Program-made: the position numbers and the translations under genes
Shown here: one piece after another, positions 1 through 14,228 of the stretch
Position numbering within the stretch: position 1 is the stretch's first letter
How the letters are laid out: every line of letters starts with the position of its first letter
Notes under the pieces: model-generated
What the model saw: only the letters and a program-made list of their open reading frames with translations
Told to the model about the DNA's origin: nothing
Databases searched by the model: none
Assembly: GCA_043228905.1 (NCBI GenBank)
Contig: JBHGNT010000032.1
Span: 186,001-250,000, forward strand
Source: Azolla caroliniana
Lineage: Eukaryota; Plantae; Polypodiophyta
DNA: 64,000 nucleotides
Direction: 5' to 3'

Positions 1-1950
1 AAGGGCTGTTCTCAACTCACTCCTTAAATTTGCTATTTTCGTCATGTCTCTCGACCTGAGTTTCAAAATCTTGATTTTTTAATTCCATATCATACCTCAC
101 GTAGTTGGCTTCGATTCGCATGTTTGAATACAAAAAGCCGATATCACACGACCCAGGTATGAACATTTTAATCTACTCAAGGGCTCCTCTCAACTCCCTC
201 CTCAAGTTTGCTATTTTCGTCATGTCTCTCGACCTGAGTTTGAAATTCTTGATTTTTTAATTCCATATCATAGCTAGGGTCGTTAGCTTCGATTTGCATG
301 TTTGAACACAAAAATCCGATATCACACGACCCAGGTATGAACATTTTAATCTAGTCAAGGGCTCCTCTCAACTCCCTCCTCAAGTTTGCTATTTTCATCA
401 TGTCTCTCGACCTGAGTTTCAAAATCTTGATTTTTTAATTCCATATCATAGCTAGCGTTTCAAGCTTCGATTTGCATGTTTGAACACAAAAATCCGATAT
501 CACACGAGCCAGGTATGAACATTTTAATTTACTCAAGGGCTCCTCTCAACTCCCTCCTCAAGTTTGCTATTTTCGTCATGTCTCTCGACCTGAGCTTCAA
601 AATCTTGATTTTTTAATTCCATATCATAGCTCGCGTTGTTGGCTTCAATTCGCATGTTTGAACACAAAAATCCGATATCACACGAGCCAGGTATGAACAT
701 TTTAATTACTTAAGGGCTCCTCTCAACTCCCTCCTCAAGTTTGCTATTTTCCTCATGTCTCTCGACCTGAGTTTCAAATTCTTGATTTTTTAATTCCATA
801 TCATAGCTAGCGTTGTTAGCTTCGATTCGCATGTTTGAACACAAAAATCCGATATCACACGAGCCAGGTATGAACATTTTAATTTACTCAAGGGCTGTTC
901 TGAACTCACTCCTCAAATTTGCTATTTTCGTCATGTCTCTCGACCTGAGTTTCAAAATCTTTATTTTATAATTCCATATCATAGGTCGCGTTGTTGGCTT
1001 CGATTCGCATGTTTGAACACAAAAATCCGATATCACACGAGCCAGGTATGAACATTTTAATTTACTCAAGGGCTCCTCTCAACTCCCTCCTCAAGTTTGC
1101 TATTTTCGTCATGTCTCTCGACCTGAGCTTCAAAATCTTGATTTTTTAATTCCATATCATAGCTAGCGTTGTTAGCTTCGATTCGCATGTTTGAACACAA
1201 AAATCCGATATCACACGAGCCAGGTATGAACATTTTAATTTACTCAAGGGCTGTTCTCAACTCACTCCTTAAATTTGCTATTTTCGTCATGTCTCTCGAC
1301 CTGAGTTTCAAAATCTTGATTTTTTAATTCCATATCATACCTCACGTAGTTGGCTTCGATTCGCATGTTTGAATACAAAAAGCCGATATCACACGACCCA
1401 GGTATGAACATTTTAATCTACTCAAGGGCTCCTCTCAACTCCCTCCTCAAGTTTGCTATTTTCGTCATGTCTCTCGACCTGAGTTTGAAATTCTTGATTT
1501 TTTAATTCCATATCATAGCTAGGGTCGTTAGCTTCGATTTGCATGTTTGAACACAAAAATCCGATATCACACGACCCAGGTATGAACATTTTAATCTACT
1601 CAAGGGCTCCTCTCAACTCCCTCCTCAAGTTTGCTATTTTCATCATGTCTCTCGACCTGAGTTTCAAAATCTTGATTTTTTAATTCCATATCATAGCTAG
1701 CGTTTCAAGCTTCGATTTGCATGTTTGAACACAAAAATCCGATATCACACGAGCCAGGTATGAACATTTTAATTTACTCAAGGGCTCCTCTCAACTCCCT
1801 CCTCAAGTTTGCTATTTTCGTCATGTCTCTCGACCTGAGCTTCAAAATCTTGATTTTTTAATTCCATATCATAGCTCGCGTTGTTGGCTTCAATTCGCAT
1901 GTTTGAACACAAAAATCCGATATCACACGAGCCAGGTATGAACATTTTAA
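1..1950 (+). repeat. Partial 7-mer HOR duplication (period 1245 bp)
   Basis: The monomer with CCTTAAATTT and GAATACAAAAAGCCG occurs at 1 and 1246. The next three monomers also match (GCTAGGGTCG; TTTTCATC; GGCTTCAATT). The match ends near 705/1950. Confidence 0.8.
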
Positions 1951-3822
1951 TTTACTCAAGGGCTCCTCTCAACTCCCTCCTCAAGTTTGCTATTTTCTTC
2001 ATGTCTCTCGACCTGAGTTTCAAAATCTTGATTTTTTAATTCCATATCATAGCTCGCGTTGTTGGCTTCGATTCGCATGTTTGAACACAAAAATCCGATA
2101 TCACACGAGCCAGGTATGAACATTTTAATTTACTCAAGGGCTCCTCTCAACTCCCTCCTCAAGTTTGCTATTTTCGTCATGTCTCTCGACCTGAGTTTGA
2201 AATTCTTGATTTTTTAATTGCATATCATACCTCACGTAGTTGGCTTCGATTTGCATGTTTGAACACAAAAATCCGATATCACACGAGCCAGGTATGAACA
2301 TTTTAATTTACTCAAGGGCTCCTTTCAACTCCCTCCTCAAGTTTGCTATTTTCGTCATGTCTCTCGACCTGAGTTTCAAAATCTTGATTTTTTTATTCCA
2401 TATCATAGCTAGCGTCGTTAGCTTCGATTTGCATGTTTGAACACAAAAATCCGATATCACACGAGCCAGGTATGAACATTTTAATTTACTCAAGGGCTCC
2501 TCTCAACTCCCTCCTCAAGTTTGCTATTTTCGTCATGTCTCTCGACCTGAGTTTGAAATTCTTGATTTTTTAATTCCATATCATAGCTAGCGTTTCAAGC
2601 TTCGATTTGCATGTTTGAACACTAAAATCCGATATCACACGAGCCAGGTATGAACATTTTAATTTACTCAAGGGCTCCTCTCAACTCCCTCCTCAAGTTT
2701 GCTATTTTCGTCATGTCTCTCGACCTGAGCTTCAAAATCTTGATTTTTTAATTCCATATCATAGCTAGCGTTGTTAGCTTCGATTCGCATGTTTGAACAC
2801 AAAAATCCGATATCACACGAGCCAGGTATGAACATTTTAATTTACTCAAGGGCTGTTCTCAACTCACTCCTCAAATTTGCTATTTTCGTCATGTCTCTCG
2901 ACCTGAGTTTCAAAATCTTGATTTTTTAATTCCATATCATAGGTCGCGTTGTTGGCTTCGATTCGCATGTTTGAACACAGAAATCCGATATCACACGAGC
3001 CAGGTATGAACATTTTAATTTACTCAAGGGCTCCTTTCAACTCCCTCCTCAAGTTTGCTATTTTCGTCATGTCTCTCGACCTGAGTTTCAAAATCTTGAT
3101 TTTTTTATTCCATATCATAGCTAGCGTCGTTAGCTTCGATTTGCATGTTTGAACACAAAAATCCGATATCACACGAGCCAGGTATGAACATTTTAATTTA
3201 CTCAAGGGCTCCTCTCAACTCCCTCCTCAAGTTTGCTATTTTCGTCATGTCTCTCGACCTGAGTTTGAAATTCTTGATTTTTTAATTCCATATCATAGCT
3301 AGCGTTTCAAGCTTCGATTTGCATGTTTGAACACAAAAATCCGATATCACACGAGCCAGGTATGAACATTTTAATTTACTCAAGGGCTCCTCTCAACTCC
3401 CTCCTCAAATTTGCTATTTTCGTCATGTCTCTCGACCTGAGTTTCAAAATCTTGATTTTTTAATTCCATATCATACCTCACGTAGTTGGCTTCGATTCGC
3501 ATGTTTGAACACAAAAATCCGATATCACACGAGCCAGGTATGAACATTTTAATTTACTCAAGGGCTCCTTTCAACTCCCTCCTCAAGTTTGCTATTTTCG
3601 TCATGTCTCTCGACCTGAGTTTCAAAATCTTGATTTTTTTATTCCATATCATAGCTAGCGTCGTTAGCTTCGATTTGCATGTTTGAACACAAAAATCCGA
3701 TATCACACGAGCCAGGTATGAACATTTTAATTTACTCAAGGGCTCCTCTCAACTCCCTCCTCAAGTTTGCTATTTTCGTCATGTCTCTCGACCTGAGTTT
3801 GAAATTCTTGATTTTTTAATTC

Positions 3823-3942
3823 CATATCATAGCTAGCGTTTCAAGCTTCGATTTGCATGTTTGAACACAAAAATCCGATATCCATATCATACCTTACGTA
3901 GTTGGCTTCGATTCGCATGTTTGAACACAAAAATCCGATATC
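3823..3942 (+). repeat. Fusion monomer with 118-bp deletion (apparent 60-bp doublet); copies at 3882, 9277, 11825, 17754
   Basis: Junction AAAAATCCGATATC|CATATCATACCTTACG. GCTTCGATT..GATATC occurs twice, 60 bp apart. Confidence 0.92.
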
Positions 3943-6900
3943 ACACGAGCCAGGTATGAACATTTTAATTACTTAAGGGCTCCTCTCAACTCCCTCCTCA
4001 AGTTTGCTATTTTCATCATGTCTCTCGACCTGAGTTTCAAATTCTTGATTTTTTAATTCCATATCATAGCTAGCGTTGTTAGCTTCGATTCGCATGTTTG
4101 AACACAAAAATCCGATATCACACGAGCCAGGTATGAACATTTTAATTTACTCAAGGGCTCCTCTCAACTCCCTCCTCAAGTTTGCTATTTTCGTCATGTC
4201 TCTCGACCTGAGCTTCAAAATCTTGATTTTTTAATTCCATATCATAGCTAGCGTTGTTAGCTTCGATTCGCATGTTTGAACACAAAAATCCGATATCACA
4301 CGACCCAGGTATGAACATTTTAATCTACTCAAGGGCTCCTCTCAACTCCCTCCTCAAGTTTGCTATTTTCTTCATGTCTCTCGACCTGAGTTTCAAAATC
4401 TTGATTTTTTAATTCCATATCATAGCTAGCGTTTCAAGCTTCGATTTGCATGTTTGAACACAAAAATCCGATATCACACGAGCCAGGTATGAACATTTTA
4501 ATTTACTCAAGGGCTCCTCTCAACTCCCTCCTCAAGTTTGTTATTTTCGTCATGTCTCTCGACCTGAGTTTCAAAATCTTGATTTTTTAATTCCATATCA
4601 TACCTCACGTAGTTGGCTTCGATTCGCATGTTTGAACACAAAAATCCGATATCACACGAGCCAGGTATGAACATTTTAATTACTTAAGGGCTCCTCTCAA
4701 CTCCCTCCTCAAGTTTGCTATTTTCGTCATGTCTCTCGACCTGAGTTTCAAAATCTTGATTTTTTAATTCCATATCATACCTCACGTAGTTGGCTTCGAT
4801 TCGCATGTTTGAAGACAAAAATCCGATATCACACGAGCCAGGTATGAACATTTTAATTACTTAAGGGCTCCTCTCAACTCCCTCCTCAAGTTTGCTATTT
4901 TCGTCATGTCTCTCGACCTGAGTTTCAAAATCTTGATTTTTTAATTCCATATCATAGCTAGCGTTTCAAGCTTCGATTCGCATGTTTGAACACAAAAATC
5001 CGATATCACACGAGCCAGGTATGAACATTTTAATTTACTCAAGGGCTCCTCTCAACTCCCTCCTCAAGTTTGCTATTTTCGTCATGTCTCTCGACCTGAG
5101 TTTGAAATTCTTGATTTTTTAATTCCATATCATAGCTAGCGTTTCAAGCTTCGATTTGCATGTTTGAACACTAAAATCCGATATCACACGAGCCAGGTAT
5201 GAACATTTTAATTTACTCAAGGGCTCCTCTCAACTCCCTCCTCAAGTTTGCTATTTTCGTCATGTCTCTCGACCTGAGCTTCAAAATCTTGATTTTTTAA
5301 TTCCATATCATAGCTAGCGTTGTTAGCTTCGATTCGCATGTTTGAACACAAAAATCCGATATCACACGAGCCAGGTATGAACATTTTAATTTACTCAAGG
5401 GCTGTTCTCAACTCACTCCTCAAATTTGCTATTTTCGTCATGTCTCTCGACCTGAGTTTCAAAATCTTGATTTTTTAATTCCATATCATAGGTCGCGTTG
5501 TTGGCTTCGATTCGCATGTTTGAACACAGAAATCCGATATCACACGAGCCAGGTATGAACATTTTAATTTACTCAAGGGCTCCTTTCAACTCCCTCCTCA
5601 AGTTTGCTATTTTCGTCATGTCTCTCGACCTGAGTTTCAAAATCTTGATTTTTTTATTCCATATCATAGCTAGCGTCGTTAGCTTCGATTTGCATGTTTG
5701 AACACAAAAATCCGATATCACACGAGCCAGGTATGAACATTTTAATTTACTCAAGGGCTCCTCTCAACTCCCTCCTCAAGTTTGCTATTTTCGTCATGTC
5801 TCTCGACCTGAGTTTGAAATTCTTGATTTTTTAATTCCATATCATAGCTAGCGTTTCAAGCTTCGATTTGCATGTTTGAACACAAAAATCCGATATCACA
5901 CGAGCCAGGTATGAACATTTTAATTTACTCAAGGGCTCCTCTCAACTCCCTCCTCAAATTTGCTATTTTCGTCATGTCTCTCGACCTGAGTTTCAAAATC
6001 TTGATTTTTTAATTCCATATCATACCTCACGTAGTTGGCTTCGATTCGCATGTTTGAACACAAAAATCCGATATCACACGAGCCAGGTATGAACATTTTA
6101 ATTTACTCAAGGGCTCCTTTCAACTCCCTCCTCAAGTTTGCTATTTTCGTCATGTCTCTCGACCTGAGTTTCAAAATCTTGATTTTTTTATTCCATATCA
6201 TAGCTAGCGTCGTTAGCTTCGATTTGCATGTTTGAACACAAAAATCCGATATCACACGAGCCAGGTATGAACATTTTAATTTACTCAAGGGCTCCTCTCA
6301 ACTCCCTCCTCAAGTTTGCTATTTTCGTCATGTCTCTCGACCTGAGTTTGAAATTCTTGATTTTTTAATTCCATATCATAGCTAGCGTTTCAAGCTTCGA
6401 TTTGCATGTTTGAACACAAAAATCCGATATCACACGAGCCAGGTATGAACATTTTAATTTACTCAAGGGCTCCTCTCAACTCCCTCCTCAAGTTTGCTAT
6501 TTTCGTCATGTCTCTCGATCTGAGTTTCAAAATCTTGATTTTTTAATTCCATATCATACCTCACGTAGTTGGCTTCGATTCGCATGTTTGAAGACAAAAA
6601 TCCGATATCACACGAGCCAGGTATGAACATTTTAATTACTTAAGGGCTCCTCTCAACTCCCTCCTCAAGTTTGCTATTTTCGTCATGTCTCTCGACCTGA
6701 GTTTCAAAATCTTGATTTTTTAATTCCCTATCATAGCTAGCGTTTCAAGCTTCGATTCGCATGTTTGAACACAAAAATCCGATATCACACGAGCCAGGTA
6801 TGAACATTTTAATTTACTCAAGGGCTGTTCTCAACTCCGTCCTCAAGTTTGCTATTTTCGTCATGTCTCTGGACCTGAGTTTCAAAATATTGATTTTTTA

Positions 6901-9132
6901 ATTCCATATCATAGCTAGCGTTTCAAGCTTCGATTTGCATGTTTGAACACAAAAATCCGATATCACACGACCCAGGTATGAACATTTTAATTTACTCAAG
7001 GGCTCCTCTCAACTCCCTCCTCAAGTTTGCTATTTTCGTCATGTCTCTCGACCTGAGTTTCAAAATCTTGATTTTTTAATTCCATATCATAGCTAGCGTT
7101 TCAAGCTTCGATTTGCATGTTTGAACACAAAAATCCGATATCACACGAGCCAGGTATGAACATTTTAATTTACTCAAGGGCTCCTCTCAACTCCCTCCTC
7201 AAGTTTGCTATTTTCGTCATGTCTCTCGACCTGAGTTTCAAAATCTTGATTTTTTAATTCCATATCATAGCTAGCGTTTCAAGCTTCGATTCGCATGTTT
7301 GAACACAAAAATCCGATATCACACGAGCCAGGTATGAACATTTTAATTTACTCAAGGGCTCCTCTCAACTCCCTCCTCAAGTTTGCTATTTTCTTCATGT
7401 CTCTCGACCTGAGTTTTAAAATCTTGATTTTTTAATTCCATATCATAGCTAGCGTTTCAAGCTTCGATTTGCATGTTTGAACACAAAAATCCGATATCAC
7501 ACGAGCCAGGTATGAACATTTTAATTTACTCAAGGGCTCCTCTCAACTCCCTCCTCAAGTTTGCTATTTTCGTCATGTCTCTCGACCTGAGTTTCAAAAT
7601 CTTGATTTTTTAATTCCATATCATACCTCACGTAGTTGGCTTCGATTCGCATGTTTGAAGACAAAAATCCGATATCACACGAGCCAGGTATGAACATTTT
7701 AATTACTTAAGGGCTCCTCTCAACTCCCTCCTCAAGTTTGCTATTTTCGTCATGTCTCTCGACCTGAGTTTCAAAATCTTGATTTTTTAATTCCATATCA
7801 TAGCTAGCGTTTCAAGCTTCGATTCGCATGTTTGAACACAAAAATCCGATATCACACGAGCCAGGTATGAACATTTTAATTTACTCAAGGGCTCCTCTCA
7901 ACTCCCTCCTCAAGTTTGCTATTTTCGTCATGTCTCTCGACCTGAGTTTGAAATTCTTGATTTTTTAATTCCATATCATAGCTAGCGTTTCAAGCTTCGA
8001 TTTGCATGTTTGAACACTAAAATCCGATATCACACGAGCCAGGTATGAACATTTTAATTTACTCAAGGGCTCCTCTCAACTCCCTCCTCAAGTTTGCTAT
8101 TTTCGTCATGTCTCTCGACCTGAGCTTCAAAATCTTGATTTTTTAATTCCATATCATAGCTAGCGTTGTTAGCTTCGATTCGCATGTTTGAACACAAAAA
8201 TCCGATATCACACGAGCCAGGTATGAACATTTTAATTTACTCAAGGGCTGTTCTCAACTCACTCCTCAAATTTGCTATTTTCGTCATGTCTCTCGACCTG
8301 AGTTTCAAAATCTTGATTTTTTAATTCCATATCATAGGTCGCGTTGTTGGCTTCGATTCGCATGTTTGAACACAGAAATCCGATATCACACGAGCCAGGT
8401 ATGAACATTTTAATTTACTCAAGGGCTCCTTTCAACTCCCTCCTCAAGTTTGCTATTTTCGTCATGTCTCTCGACCTGAGTTTCAAAATCTTGATTTTTT
8501 TATTCCATATCATAGCTAGCGTCGTTAGCTTCGATTTGCATGTTTGAACACAAAAATCCGATATCACACGAGCCAGGTATGAACATTTTAATTTACTCAA
8601 GGGCTCCTCTCAACTCCCTCCTCAAGTTTGCTATTTTCGTCATGTCTCTCGACCTGAGTTTGAAATTCTTGATTTTTTAATTCCATATCATAGCTAGCGT
8701 TTCAAGCTTCGATTTGCATGTTTGAACACAAAAATCCGATATCACACGAGCCAGGTATGAACATTTTAATTTACTCAAGGGCTCCTCTCAACTCCCTCCT
8801 CAAATTTGCTATTTTCGTCATGTCTCTCGACCTGAGTTTCAAAATCTTGATTTTTTAATTCCATATCATACCTCACGTAGTTGGCTTCGATTCGCATGTT
8901 TGAACACAAAAATCCGATATCACACGAGCCAGGTATGAACATTTTAATTTACTCAAGGGCTCCTTTCAACTCCCTCCTCAAGTTTGCTATTTTCGTCATG
9001 TCTCTCGACCTGAGTTTCAAAATCTTGATTTTTTTATTCCATATCATAGCTAGCGTCGTTAGCTTCGATTTGCATGTTTGAACACAAAAATCCGATATCA
9101 CACGAGCCAGGTATGAACATTTTAATTTACTC

Positions 9133-12100
9133 AAGGGCTCCTCTCAACTCCCTCCTCAAGTTTGCTATTTTCGTCATGTCTCTCGACCTGAGTTTGAAAT
9201 TCTTGATTTTTTAATTCCATATCATAGCTAGCGTTTCAAGCTTCGATTTGCATGTTTGAACACAAAAATCCGATATCCATATCATACCTTACGTAGTTGG
9301 CTTCGATTCGCATGTTTGAACACAAAAATCCGATATCACACGAGCCAGGTATGAACATTTTAATTACTTAAGGGCTCCTCTCAACTCCCTCCTCAAGTTT
9401 GCTATTTTCATCATGTCTCTCGACCTGAGTTTCAAATTCTTGATTTTTTAATTCCATATCATAGCTAGCGTTGTTAGCTTCGATTCGCATGTTTGAACAC
9501 AAAAATCCGATATCACACGAGCCAGGTATGAACATTTTAATTTACTCAAGGGCTCCTCTCAACTCCCTCCTCAAGTTTGCTATTTTCGTCATGTCTCTCG
9601 ACCTGAGCTTCAAAATCTTGATTTTTTAATTCCATATCATAGCTAGCGTTGTTAGCTTCGATTCGCATGTTTGAACACAAAAATCCGATATCACACGACC
9701 CAGGTATGAACATTTTAATCTACTCAAGGGCTCCTCTCAACTCCCTCCTCAAGTTTGCTATTTTCTTCATGTCTCTCGACCTGAGTTTCAAAATCTTGAT
9801 TTTTTAATTCCATATCATAGCTAGCGTTTCAAGCTTCGATTTGCATGTTTGAACACAAAAATCCGATATCACACGAGCCAGGTATGAACATTTTAATTTA
9901 CTCAAGGGCTCCTCTCAACTCCCTCCTCAAGTTTGTTATTTTCGTCATGTCTCTCGACCTGAGTTTCAAAATCTTGATTTTTTAATTCCATATCATACCT
10001 CACGTAGTTGGCTTCGATTCGCATGTTTGAAGACAAAAATCCGATATCACACGAGCCAGGTATGAACATTTTAATTACTTAAGGGCTCCTCTCAACTCCC
10101 TCCTCAAGTTTGCTATTTTCGTCATGTCTCTCGACCTGAGTTTCAAAATCTTGATTTTTTAATTCCCTATCATAGCTAGCGTTTCAAGCTTCGATTCGCA
10201 TGTTTGAACACAAAAATCCGATATCACACGAGCCAGGTATGAACATTTTAATTTACTCAAGGGCTGTTCTCAACTCCGTCCTCAAGTTTGCTATTTTCGT
10301 CATGTCTCTGGACCTGAGTTTCAAAATATTGATTTTTTAATTCCATATCATAGCTAGCGTTTCAAGCTTCGATTTGCATGTTTGAACACAAAAATCCGAT
10401 ATCACACGACCCAGGTATGAACATTTTAATTTACTCAACGGCTCCTCTCAACTCCCTCCTCAAGTTTGCTATTTTCGTCATGTCTCTCGACCTGAGTTTC
10501 AAAATCTTGATTTTTTAATTCCATATCATAGCTAGCGTTTCAAGCTTCGATTTGCATGTTTGAACACAAAAATCCGATATCACACGAGCCAGGTATGAAC
10601 ATTTTAATTTACTCAAGGGCTCCTCTCAACTCCCTCCTCAAGTTTGCTATTTTCGTCATGTCTCTCGACCTGAGTTTCAAAATCTTGATTTTTTAATTCC
10701 ATATCATAGCTAGCGTTTCAAGCTTCGATTCGCATGTTTGAACACAAAAATCCGATATCACACGAGCCAGGTATGAACATTTTAATTTACTCAAGGGCTC
10801 CTCTCAACTCCCTCCTCAAGTTTGCTATTTTCTTCATGTCTCTCGACCTGAGTTTTAAAATCTTGATTTTTTAATTCCATATCATAGCTAGCGTTTCAAG
10901 CTTCGATTTGCATGTTTGAACACAAAAATCCGATATCACACGAGCCAGGTATGAACATTTTAATTTACTCAAGGGCTCCTCTCAACTCCCTCCTCAAGTT
11001 TGCTATTTTCGTCATGTCTCTCGACCTGAGTTTCAAAATCTTGATTTTTTAATTCCATATCATACCTCACGTAGTTGGCTTCGATTCGCATGTTTGAAGA
11101 CAAAAATCCGATATCACACGAGCCAGGTATGAACATTTTAATTACTTAAGGGCTCCTCTCAACTCCCTCCTCAAGTTTGCTATTTTCGTCATGTCTCTCG
11201 ACCTGAGTTTCAAAATCTTGATTTTTTAATTCCATATCATAGCTAGCGTTTCAAGCTTCGATTCGCATGTTTGAACACAAAAATCCGATATCACACGAGC
11301 CAGGTATGAACATTTTAATTTACTCAAGGGCTCCTCTCAACTCCCTCCTCAAGTTTGCTATTTTCGTCATGTCTCTCGATCTGAGTTTCAAAATCTTGAT
11401 TTTTTAATTCCATATCATACCTCACGTAGTTGGCTTCGATTCGCATGTTTGAACACAAAAATCCGATATCACACGAGCCAGGTATGAACATTTTAATTAC
11501 TTAAGGGCTCCTCTCAACTCCCTCCTCAAGTTTGCTATTTTCGTCATGTCTCTCGACCTGAGTTTCAAAATCTTGATTTTTTAATTCCCTATCATAGCTA
11601 GCGTTTCAAGCTTCGATTCGCATGTTTGAACACAAAAATCCGATATCACACGAGCCAGGTATGAACATTTTAATTTACTCAAGGGCTCCTCTCAACTCCC
11701 TCCTCAAGTTTGCTATTTTCGTCATGTCTCTCGACCTGAGTTTGAAATTCTTGATTTTTTAATTCCATATCATAGCTAGCGTTTCAAGCTTCGATTTGCA
11801 TGTTTGAACACAAAAATCCGATATCCATATCATACCTTACGTAGTTGGCTTCGATTCGCATGTTTGAACACAAAAATCCGATATCACACGAGCCAGGTAT
11901 GAACATTTTAATTACTTAAGGGCTCCTCTCAACTCCCTCCTCAAGTTTGCTATTTTCATCATGTCTCTCGACCTGAGTTTCAAATTCTTGATTTTTTAAT
12001 TCCATATCATAGCTAGCGTTGTTAGCTTCGATTCGCATGTTTGAACACAAAAATCCGATATCACACGAGCCAGGTATGAACATTTTAATTTACTCAAGGG

Positions 12101-14228
12101 CTCCTCTCAACTCCCTCCTCAAGTTTGCTATTTTCGTCATGTCTCTCGACCTGAGCTTCAAAATCTTGATTTTTTAATTCCATATCATAGCTAGCGTTGT
12201 TAGCTTCGATTCGCATGTTTGAACACAAAAATCCGATATCACACGACCCAGGTATGAACATTTTAATCTACTCAAGGGCTCCTCTCAACTCCCTCCTCAA
12301 GTTTGCTATTTTCTTCATGTCTCTCGACCTGAGTTTCAAAATCTTGATTTTTTAATTCCATATCATAGCTAGCGTTTCAAGCTTCGATTTGCATGTTTGA
12401 ACACAAAAATCCGATATCACACGAGCCAGGTATGAACATTTTAATTTACTCAAGGGCTCCTCTCAACTCCCTCCTCAAGTTTGTTATTTTCGTCATGTCT
12501 CTCGACCTGAGTTTCAAAATCTTGATTTTTTAATTCCATATCATACCTCACGTAGTTGGCTTCGATTCGCATGTTTGAAGACAAAAATCCGATATCACAC
12601 GAGCCAGGTATGAACATTTTAATTACTTAAGGGCTCCTCTCAACTCCCTCCTCAAGTTTGCTATTTTCGTCATGTCTCTCGACCTGAGTTTCAAAATCTT
12701 GATTTTTTAATTCCCTATCATAGCTAGCGTTTCAAGCTTCGATTCGCATGTTTGAACACAAAAATCCGATATCACACGAGCCAGGTATGAACATTTTAAT
12801 TTACTCAAGGGCTGTTCTCAACTCCGTCCTCAAGTTTGCTATTTTCGTCATGTCTCTGGACCTGAGTTTCAAAATATTGATTTTTTAATTCCATATCATA
12901 GCTAGCGTTTCAAGCTTCGATTTGCATGTTTGAACACAAAAATCCGATATCACACGACCCAGGTATGAACATTTTAATTTACTCAACGGCTCCTCTCAAC
13001 TCCCTCCTCAAGTTTGCTATTTTCGTCATGTCTCTCGACCTGAGTTTCAAAATCTTGATTTTTTAATTCCATATCATAGCTAGCGTTTCAAGCTTCGATT
13101 TGCATGTTTGAACACAAAAATCCGATATCACACGAGCCAGGTATGAACATTTTAATTTACTCAAGGGCTCCTCTCAACTCCCTCCTCAAGTTTGCTATTT
13201 TCGTCATGTCTCTCGACCTGAGTTTCAAAATCTTGATTTTTTAATTCCATATCATAGCTAGCGTTTCAAGCTTCGATTCGCATGTTTGAACACAAAAATC
13301 CGATATCACACGAGCCAGGTATGAACATTTTAATTTACTCAAGGGCTCCTCTCAACTCCCTCCTCAAGTTTGCTATTTTCTTCATGTCTCTCGACCTGAG
13401 TTTTAAAATCTTGATTTTTTAATTCCATATCATAGCTAGCGTTTCAAGCTTCGATTTGCATGTTTGAACACAAAAATCCGATATCACACGAGCCAGGTAT
13501 GAACATTTTAATTTACTCAAGGGCTCCTCTCAACTCCCTCCTCAAGTTTGCTATTTTCGTCATGTCTCTCGACCTGAGTTTCAAAATCTTGATTTTTTAA
13601 TTCCATATCATACCTCACGTAGTTGGCTTCGATTCGCATGTTTGAAGACAAAAATCCGATATCACACGAGCCAGGTATGAACATTTTAATTACTTAAGGG
13701 CTCCTCTCAACTCCCTCCTCAAGTTTGCTATTTTCGTCATGTCTCTCGACCTGAGTTTCAAAATCTTGATTTTTTAATTCCATATCATAGCTAGCGTTTC
13801 AAGCTTCGATTCGCATGTTTGAACACAAAAATCCGATATCACACGAGCCAGGTATGAACATTTTAATTTACTCAAGGGCTCCTCTCAACTCCCTCCTCAA
13901 GTTTGCTATTTTCGTCATGTCTCTCGATCTGAGTTTCAAAATCTTGATTTTTTAATTCCATATCATACCTCACGTAGTTGGCTTCGATTCGCATGTTTGA
14001 AGACAAAAATCCGATATCACACGAGCCAGGTATGAACATTTTAATTACTTAAGGGCTCCTCTCAACTCCCTCCTCAAGTTTGCTATTTTCGTCATGTCTC
14101 TCGACCTGAGTTTCAAAATCTTGATTTTTTAATTCCCTATCATAGCTAGCGTTTCAAGCTTCGATTCGCATGTTTGAACACAAAAATCCGATATCACACG
14201 AGCCAGGTATGAACATTTTAATTTACTC
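9133..14228 (+). repeat. Tandem duplication of 2548 bp (9133-11680 / 11681-14228)
   Basis: Shared markers at a 2548 offset: fusion junction 9277/11825, CAACGGCT 10437/12985, TGGACC monomer 10259/12807. One difference seen (11454 C vs 14002 G). 14x178+60-4=2548. Confidence 0.88.

Noticed and set aside
1-178. Identity with Arabidopsis CEN178 or alpha satellite; CENP-B box
   Set aside because: Only the length is similar. I see no sequence resemblance, and no NTTCGNNNNANNCGGGN motif on either strand of the consensus.
179-206. G-quadruplex on the purine-rich minus strand
   Set aside because: GAGGAGGGAGTTGAGAGGAG lacks four G3 runs.
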